From assembly GCA_964401055.1 (NCBI GenBank), contig CAYNWW010000004.1:13390-77389 (forward strand): DNA of 64,000 nt, written 5' to 3'. This DNA is from an uncultured Candidatus Saccharibacteria bacterium (GTDB lineage Bacteria > Patescibacteriota > JAUYIX01 > CAYNWW01). Positions within the stretch are counted from its first letter, which is position 1; the number at the start of each line of letters is the position of its first letter. Shown here in pieces: positions 58,537 through 64,000 of this stretch. The notes beneath the pieces were generated by a model, which worked only from the letters and a program-made list of their open reading frames with translations, was not told where the DNA came from and did not search any database. A program made the translations under genes and the position numbers.

Positions 58537-58935
58537 CTATTTAACGATAACGGTTGCCTTCATCGACGGGTGATATTTGCAGGTGATGGTGTAGCTACCT
58601 GCTTTGTCAAATGTAATGCGCGCGCTATCTCCCTGGCTGAGGTCGCCGCTTGCAAATTTGATCGAGGCAACATCTGCGGTGTGCGTCATAGAATCCTGGT
58701 TGGTGACGGTAACTGTGTCACCAACAGAAACTTGAATAGTTGCCGGAGCAAATGCCAAGCTTTTGATCGTGATCGCGTTTGTTTCGGTTGCGGTGGTCGT
58801 TGTTTCCGTTGTTGTTGTAGTTGTGGTCGTGTCGCTTGCTGCTGGTGTAGCTGTGCCGTCGTCTTTGCTGCACGATGCGCCGGTCAAGATGAGTGCAAGC
58901 GCGGCCGCTGTCAGTAGGAGAGATGATTTTTTCAT
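58537..58935 (-). CDS. Cupredoxin/plastocyanin-like lipoprotein
   Basis: Lipobox-like 'LTGASC', poly-Thr linker, type-1 Cu ligands H...C-x2-H-x2-M. Confidence 0.88.
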   Translation of the reverse strand: MKKSSLLLTAAALALILTGASCSKDDGTATPAASDTTTTTTTTETTTTATETNAITIKSLAFAPATIQVSVGDTVTVTNQDSMTHTADVASIKFASGDLSQGDSARITFDKAGSYTITCKYHPSMKATVIVK

Positions 58936-59032
58936 ATAGTTTTTGCTAGTGATAACACGGGTATCATAGCATGCATCTGCGCTTCGGACAAACAAAAACA
59001 CGCCCCTGCGGGCATGCCTTGTGTAGTTGCTG

Positions 59033-59107
59033 TGGTAGCGCCACCGGGAATCGAACCCGGATTACCAGATTGAAAATCTGATGTCCTAACCGTTAGACGA
59101 TGGCGCC
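59033..59107 (-). tRNA. tRNA-Glu (anticodon TTC)
   Basis: GGCGCCATCGTCTAACGGTTAGGACATCAGATTTTCAATCTGGTAATCCGGGTTCGATTCCCGGTGGCGCTACCA: full cloverleaf with encoded CCA. Confidence 0.97.
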
Positions 59108-59112
59108 CCAAA

Positions 59113-59178
59113 TTGTTCGGGGAAGTCTTCTTCACTTGCCTTCCGGGGCAAGCAAGTTCGGAAGACCTCCCCGAACAA
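59113..59178 (-). repeat. Long hairpin in the tRNA-Glu 5' leader
   Basis: 18-bp stem TTGTTCGGGGAGGTCTTC/GAAGACTTCCCCGAACAA (one G-U on the minus strand) plus an inner CTTGCC/GGCAAG stem. Confidence 0.75.
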
Positions 59179-59203
59179 ATAGTAGGTTGAGAAAGATGTT
59201 CAT

Positions 59204-59232
59204 ATTTTAGCAGGAGGCGCGAGTTGCGTCAA
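59204..59232 (-). promoter_or_regulatory. tRNA-Glu promoter
   Basis: Minus strand TTGACG, 17 nt spacer, TAAAAT preceded by TG. Confidence 0.75.
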
Positions 59233-59261
59233 CTGCGCGCTTTGGCTATACTGGCCGTGAA

Positions 59262-60302
59262 ATGAAGATTTTGGCCATTGAGACATCGTGTGATGAAACT
59301 GCTGCGGCCGTCGTGCGCGACGGCCGCTTTGTGTTGTCTAATATTGTGGCTTCACAGGCCGCGCTCCATGCGCAAACCGGCGGCGTAGTGCCAGAGGTGG
59401 CCGCGCGCGAACATGTGCAGGCGATTGTGCCGGTGGTGGATGAGACGCTGCGTGTGGCTGGCGTGAGTGATCCGCGCCATGAGATTGATTTGCTTGCAGT
59501 CACCTGCGGGCCGGGTTTGGTGAGTGCGCTGCTGGTGGGGATTACAACTGCCTCAAGCCTGGCATTTGCTTGGGACAAGCGGGTGGTGCCGGCGCATCAT
59601 ATTCGTGGTCATATCTATGCCAATCAGGTTTTGGAGCTTGGCGGCGCGCGCGTGGAGAGTGGGGCGGATTTTGTGTTTCCGAGTTTATGTTTGACTGTGT
59701 CAGGTGGCCATACTGAGTTGGTCTTGTTGCGCGGGCATGGGGATTTTGAGATTTTGGGCACTACGCTTGATGATGCGGCAGGTGAGGCGTTTGATAAAGT
59801 CGCGTCGCTGCTTGGTCTGGGATATCCAGGTGGTCCGGCGATCTCGCACGCGGCGGCAGGCGCAGGCGCGCATGGGCGCGAGGCATTTTCTTTGCCTAAG
59901 CCCTTGTTTGCGAGCGGGGATTATAATTTCAGCTTTTCCGGATTGAAAACTGCGGTACTGCGTGCGGTGCGCGAGCTGCCTGATGTTTTGAATACTAAAA
60001 ATGTTCAAGAGATCGCGGCCTCATTTGAGAAGGCAGTTGTTGATGTACTGCTCCATAAGACATTTCGCGCAGCCAGTGAGCATGGAGCGGTAAAAATTAT
60101 GTTGTCGGGCGGAGTTGCAGCCAACGTCTATCTGCGCCAACGGTTTGAACAAGAATGTAGTTCGCGAGGAATTGCCTTTTCTTTTCCTCCGATTTCATTG
60201 TGCACCGACAACGCGGCTATGATTGGCGCGGCCGCATTTTTTGAGCAAGAGCGGGCGGTGGCATGGGATGAGCTGAGGCCACGACTGCAGGTTGCTTTTT
60301 AG
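59262..60302 (+). CDS. tsaD: tRNA N6-threonylcarbamoyladenosine transferase TsaD
   Basis: 'LAIETSCDET', 'GGVVPEVAAREH', 'HHIRGH', 'VSGGHT', 'DDAAGEAFDK', 'FSFSGLKT', 'CTDNAAMI'. Confidence 0.98.
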   Translation: MKILAIETSCDETAAAVVRDGRFVLSNIVASQAALHAQTGGVVPEVAAREHVQAIVPVVDETLRVAGVSDPRHEIDLLAVTCGPGLVSALLVGITTASSLAFAWDKRVVPAHHIRGHIYANQVLELGGARVESGADFVFPSLCLTVSGGHTELVLLRGHGDFEILGTTLDDAAGEAFDKVASLLGLGYPGGPAISHAAAGAGAHGREAFSLPKPLFASGDYNFSFSGLKTAVLRAVRELPDVLNTKNVQEIAASFEKAVVDVLLHKTFRAASEHGAVKIMLSGGVAANVYLRQRFEQECSSRGIAFSFPPISLCTDNAAMIGAAAFFEQERAVAWDELRPRLQVAF

Positions 60303-60404
60303 GTTGTTTTGTGGTAATATATAATCTTTTGGATGAAGGTGTATAATCCTTTGCCAGAGCGGCATAGGAGGCGCTTTCAGAGCCAAAAGAGGAGGTTTTG
60401 TTCG

Positions 60405-61229
60405 TTGAAAATTATCGTTTTTTGCTTGTCTCTGCTTGTTTTTTCACCGTTTGCGGCGGTTGCCTGTGACGACGATCCGGGCACGTCATCTGGAGCCGGG
60501 TGGGTTCCCGATCAGAACTTGGTGGCTTTTCAGAGTCTTGATGGCCGATATTTCGCTGTTGAGCTGACTGATGAAAAGCCATACGAGCTTTCCTCTGGCT
60601 TGCTCGTGATCAGAGAGGGCTCTCGCGTAAAAATTATTGCGACCAGGATTGAATCTATTGTTGTAAGGGGCGAACTCTCCGGAATAAGCCGTTGTTTGTT
60701 TAGTACGGCGTATGTTGGATGGGATGATCGTGTGCAGGATCGAGATACCAAAGAAAAACTCTATCGCCTCGCCGAGGTCATGCACCAGCGTCACCGCGGT
60801 CTCTCTCCTCGTGAAGTTGAGCAGGAGCTTGAAAGGCTTGAAGTTATTGCGCAGCAAGCTGCGTCCTCTCTCGAGGATGAAGAAATTGCTGAACTGCCAC
60901 AGGTGTTTCCAACTAGTGTGGAGGCGCGGCCTATTGTGGCGACGCAGATTGTCCTTCCGAAAGATGCGATTTTCCTCTTCCAGCAATGGGGAATGGAGGT
61001 CGATCTGACTGTAAAAACCCTTTCGCTCGGTGACAAGAATCGCGATGGCGAGGGGCGTGAGCAGGAAATCGACCTGACCGACGGGAATAAAAATGTCCAG
61101 GTCGAATTCCGGAAAATAACTGCCGATCGCGTGATAGTCAAAGCGGTCGAGGCGGGTGGAAAAACGAGCTATCACGAATTCCGAAATGGAATTTTCCAGC
61201 CAGAGGAGGTGCGAGGAATTAGTTTTTGA
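60405..61229 (+). CDS. Hypothetical lipoprotein
   Basis: AGGAGGT SD before a TTG at 60405 gives MKIIVFCLSLLVFSPFAAVA-C-DDD. An alternative ATG lies at 60333. Confidence 0.65.
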   Translation: MKIIVFCLSLLVFSPFAAVACDDDPGTSSGAGWVPDQNLVAFQSLDGRYFAVELTDEKPYELSSGLLVIREGSRVKIIATRIESIVVRGELSGISRCLFSTAYVGWDDRVQDRDTKEKLYRLAEVMHQRHRGLSPREVEQELERLEVIAQQAASSLEDEEIAELPQVFPTSVEARPIVATQIVLPKDAIFLFQQWGMEVDLTVKTLSLGDKNRDGEGREQEIDLTDGNKNVQVEFRKITADRVIVKAVEAGGKTSYHEFRNGIFQPEEVRGISF

Positions 61230-61310
61230 AATAGGTTGAAAGGTTGGTGCGACGCAAAGTGCGTTCGCCCAGCCTTTCTTTTTTTTGGCGCCGACGTTAT
61301 ATTTAATCCT

Positions 61311-63980
61311 ATGGAATTGCCCAAATCATACAATCCGCAGGAGATCGAGCCGCGGCGCGCGCGCGAGTGGGAAGAGCGTGGTTTTTATCGTGCGGATGCG
61401 ACGTCGGGCAAGCCGGCGTTTACTATCCCGATGCCGCCGCCCAATGCCAACGGAAGCCTGCACCTTGGGCATGCGTCCATGCTCGCGTATCAAGATATTT
61501 TGGCGCGCTACCACCGCATGCGCGGCGATGAAGTATTGTGGTTGCCCGGTACTGATCATGCAGGAATCCAAACGCAGACGGTGTTTGAGCGCAAGTTGAA
61601 AGCCGAAGGGCGGTCGCGTGACGAGCTCGGGCGGGAAAAGTTTTACCAAGAGCTTTATGAATTTTGCATGACCAACAAGTCCGTGATCACCTCGCAGATT
61701 CGGATGATGGGCGCGTCGTGTGATTGGTCGCGGGAAAAATTTACACTGGATGCGGATTTGGTGCGGCAGGTGCAGCAGACATTTGTGGATATGTATCGCG
61801 ATGGCACGGCGTATCGCGGGTATCGGATTACCAATTGGTGCCCTGATTGTCGTACCACGCTTGCAAATATTGAAGTGGAGCATGTGGATCGCGAGACGAC
61901 CCTGTATTTTATCAAATATACCGATGAGCTGACGGTGGCGACGGTGCGGCCGGAGACCAAGCTTGCGGATACCGGCGTGGCGGTGCATCCGGATGATTCG
62001 CGCTACCAGCATTTGATTGGTCGTACGCTCGAGGTCTCGCTTGCGGGGCACAAGATCAGTGTGCAGGTGTTTGCGGATGAGGAAGCTGATCCTGCGTTTG
62101 GCACGGGCGCGATCGGTGTGACGCCGGCGCATTCGGAAGTGGATTATAAAATGGGAAAGGCGCATGGTTTGGAGATTTTGCCGTTGATCGGAATGGATGG
62201 CTTGATCGGCGCGCAGGGTGGCAAGTATGCCGGCATGACAGTGGTCGCTGCACGCGAAGCGTTTGTGGCGGATTTGCGTGCAGCCGGTCAGCTGGTGCGC
62301 GAGGAAAAGACGGTCTCGTCGATTGCGGTCTGCGAACGCTCGGGTACGGTGATCGAGCCGCTGTTGAGCACGCAGTGGTTTGTGCGCGTGGGTGAGTTGG
62401 CGAAGCGGGCGATGGATGCGGTGCGGGCGGGCGAGACGCAGATTTTGCCGCACCGTTTTGAGAAGCAATTTTTTCATTGGATGGAAAAGCTCGAGGACTG
62501 GAATATTTCCCGCCAGATTTGGTGGGGGCCTGCGATCCCGGCGTGGTATTGTGAGCGCGAGGGATGCGGCGAAATTGTGGTGCAAATGGAGACTCCGCGC
62601 GCGTGTACGAAGTGCGGCGCGGGTGCCGAGCTGCTGCGCAAAGATCCGGACACGTTTGATACGTGGTTTTCGTCCGGCCAGTGGCCGTATACGATTTTGG
62701 GCGGCGCGGGTGCGGAGGATTTTGCCAAATTCTACCCGACGGCGGTGCTCGAGACGGGCTGGGATATTTTGTTTTTTTGGGTGACGCGCATGATGATGCT
62801 CGGGCTGTATCGCACCGGGCAAGTGCCCTTTCGTACGGTGTATTTGCATGGGCTGATTTTGGATAAAAATGGCGCGAAAATGAGCAAATCCAAGGGCAAC
62901 GGGATTGATCCGGTGCAAATGGCTCAGCAGTATGGGGTGGATGCGTTGCGGTTATCGCTTGCGATCGGCTCTAAGGCGGGGCAGAGCATGCGGTTGTATC
63001 CGGAAAAAGTAGAAGGTTTTGCGGCGACGATGAACAAGCTGTGGAACATGGCGCGGTTTGTCTTTGCGCAAGGGTTGCCGGAGGGCGAGACGCCGTTGGC
63101 GTTGGTGGATGGGACGGGGGTGCGCGCGGAGATGAGCTTGGCGGATCGGTGGATATTGGCGCGCGCGCAGGAAGTGGTGCGCGATGCGACCGCGCTGATT
63201 GATGATTTCCAGTTTGGCGAGGCGGGACGGCTCGTGTTTGCGTTTGCGCGCGAAGAATTTGCCGACTGGTATATTGAGGTGGCGAAGATTGAAAAAACGC
63301 AGGTGTCGCGCCAGCTGCTCTGGATTGTGTTGCACAAATTGTTGCGCCTGATGCATCCGTTTGCGCCGTTTATTACTGAAGAAATCTGGTCGCATTTGGA
63401 TGCGCGAGCGCGCGGCCAGGCAGGCGAGTGGCTGATCCGCGCACCGTGGCCGCGCGCGGACGAAGGCTGTATGGATGCGGATGCCGTGTGTGAGTTTGAG
63501 CTGGTGAAAGAAGTGGCGAGTGCGGTGCGCGCAGTCCGATCTGAACAACAAATTGCACCAAGCGAAAAGGTTCGCCTGTTTCTTTGGGCGCAGCATGCCG
63601 CAAGTCGCGAACTTTTAGCCACGCAGTCTGAATTAATTACTCGGTTGACCAAAGCTAGCTCTATTGAATTTGACACAGAAGCTCCGACTGACTCCGCAAG
63701 CGCCCTGGTTCGAGACATTGAAATCAGCCTTGCACTTGCCGCACCTCGCGTCCAGACGCCGGAAGAGCGCGAAAAAGAACTTGTCGCGCTGCGGGAAGAG
63801 TTCACTCGTGTCACTGGTTTCGTCGCTGCGCTCGAGAAAAAACTTGCCAATGAAAAATTTGTGACCGGTGCGCCCAAAGAAGTTGTTCAGCTCGAACGCA
63901 CCAAGCTCGCCGACCAACAAGCAAAGCTCTTGGCAATTACACAAAAAATAAATCAACTCACCAATGACTCGCCCCAGTAA
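61311..63980 (+). CDS. valS: Valine--tRNA ligase
   Basis: 'PPPNANGSLHLGH', 'DWNISRQIWWG', 'DTWFSS', 'KMSKSKGN', and a C-terminal coiled-coil arm 'KLANEKFV..AP'. Confidence 0.99.
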   Translation: MELPKSYNPQEIEPRRAREWEERGFYRADATSGKPAFTIPMPPPNANGSLHLGHASMLAYQDILARYHRMRGDEVLWLPGTDHAGIQTQTVFERKLKAEGRSRDELGREKFYQELYEFCMTNKSVITSQIRMMGASCDWSREKFTLDADLVRQVQQTFVDMYRDGTAYRGYRITNWCPDCRTTLANIEVEHVDRETTLYFIKYTDELTVATVRPETKLADTGVAVHPDDSRYQHLIGRTLEVSLAGHKISVQVFADEEADPAFGTGAIGVTPAHSEVDYKMGKAHGLEILPLIGMDGLIGAQGGKYAGMTVVAAREAFVADLRAAGQLVREEKTVSSIAVCERSGTVIEPLLSTQWFVRVGELAKRAMDAVRAGETQILPHRFEKQFFHWMEKLEDWNISRQIWWGPAIPAWYCEREGCGEIVVQMETPRACTKCGAGAELLRKDPDTFDTWFSSGQWPYTILGGAGAEDFAKFYPTAVLETGWDILFFWVTRMMMLGLYRTGQVPFRTVYLHGLILDKNGAKMSKSKGNGIDPVQMAQQYGVDALRLSLAIGSKAGQSMRLYPEKVEGFAATMNKLWNMARFVFAQGLPEGETPLALVDGTGVRAEMSLADRWILARAQEVVRDATALIDDFQFGEAGRLVFAFAREEFADWYIEVAKIEKTQVSRQLLWIVLHKLLRLMHPFAPFITEEIWSHLDARARGQAGEWLIRAPWPRADEGCMDADAVCEFELVKEVASAVRAVRSEQQIAPSEKVRLFLWAQHAASRELLATQSELITRLTKASSIEFDTEAPTDSASALVRDIEISLALAAPRVQTPEEREKELVALREEFTRVTGFVAALEKKLANEKFVTGAPKEVVQLERTKLADQQAKLLAITQKINQLTNDSPQ

Positions 63981-64000
63981 GCAGAAGCGAGTAGGTGTCG

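Noticed and set aside
59033-59107. tRNA-Glu as an integration site for an island
   Set aside because: No integrase and no duplicated tRNA 3' end were seen in the window.
59130-59160. CCGGAAGG loop suggesting SRP RNA helix 8
   Set aside because: The flanking CAGG/AGCA internal-loop motif is absent, so it is kept only as a leader hairpin.
60486-61175. 229-aa antisense ORF opposite the lipoprotein gene
   Set aside because: The + strand ORF has an SD, a lipoprotein-like signal and co-orientation with tsaD/valS; the antisense frame has no support.
1-64000. Alternative genetic code (TGA recoding as in Gracilibacteria/SR1)
   Set aside because: Long conserved genes are intact under code 11, and TGA ends genes at expected positions (rnpA, yebC, ferredoxin).

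Overview
A chromosomal segment spanning the replication origin. The gene order is jag-yidC-yidD-rnpA-rpmH <- oriC/dnaA-dnaN-recF-dciA, with DnaA-box clusters, a Bacillus-type unwinding element, and a C-rich to G-rich switch on the + strand near 8.2 kb (judged by eye). The gene content suggests a Patescibacteria/CPR-type bacterium using genetic code 11, but this is inference: pilT, lamin-tail/PKD/NHL surface proteins, a lone ribH, 2-oxoacid:ferredoxin oxidoreductase and many orphans. Housekeeping genes include a PBP1A, tyrS, ruvC, yebC, ruvB, pgi, hsp20, clpC (with a perfect CIRCE), tRNA-Glu, tsaD and valS. I saw no CRISPR array, rRNA, integrase or transposase. Five observations stand out. (1) A PKD-7TM membrane protein sits next to one polypeptide fusing an ATP-grasp ligase, a RimK-type aspartic-protease domain and a DUF1704/MATCAP-like HExxxH carboxypeptidase, a candidate 'writer+eraser' peptide-tagging system. 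(2) A type I phosphomannose-isomerase homologue has its QVHP segment relocated within the chain. (3) A ~150-nt rod-shaped ncRNA candidate has its own promoter. (4) An NTPase-SWIM gene has its zinc finger split by a 1-nt frameshift. (5) Conserved genes look leaderless while orphan genes carry strong Shine-Dalgarno sites.
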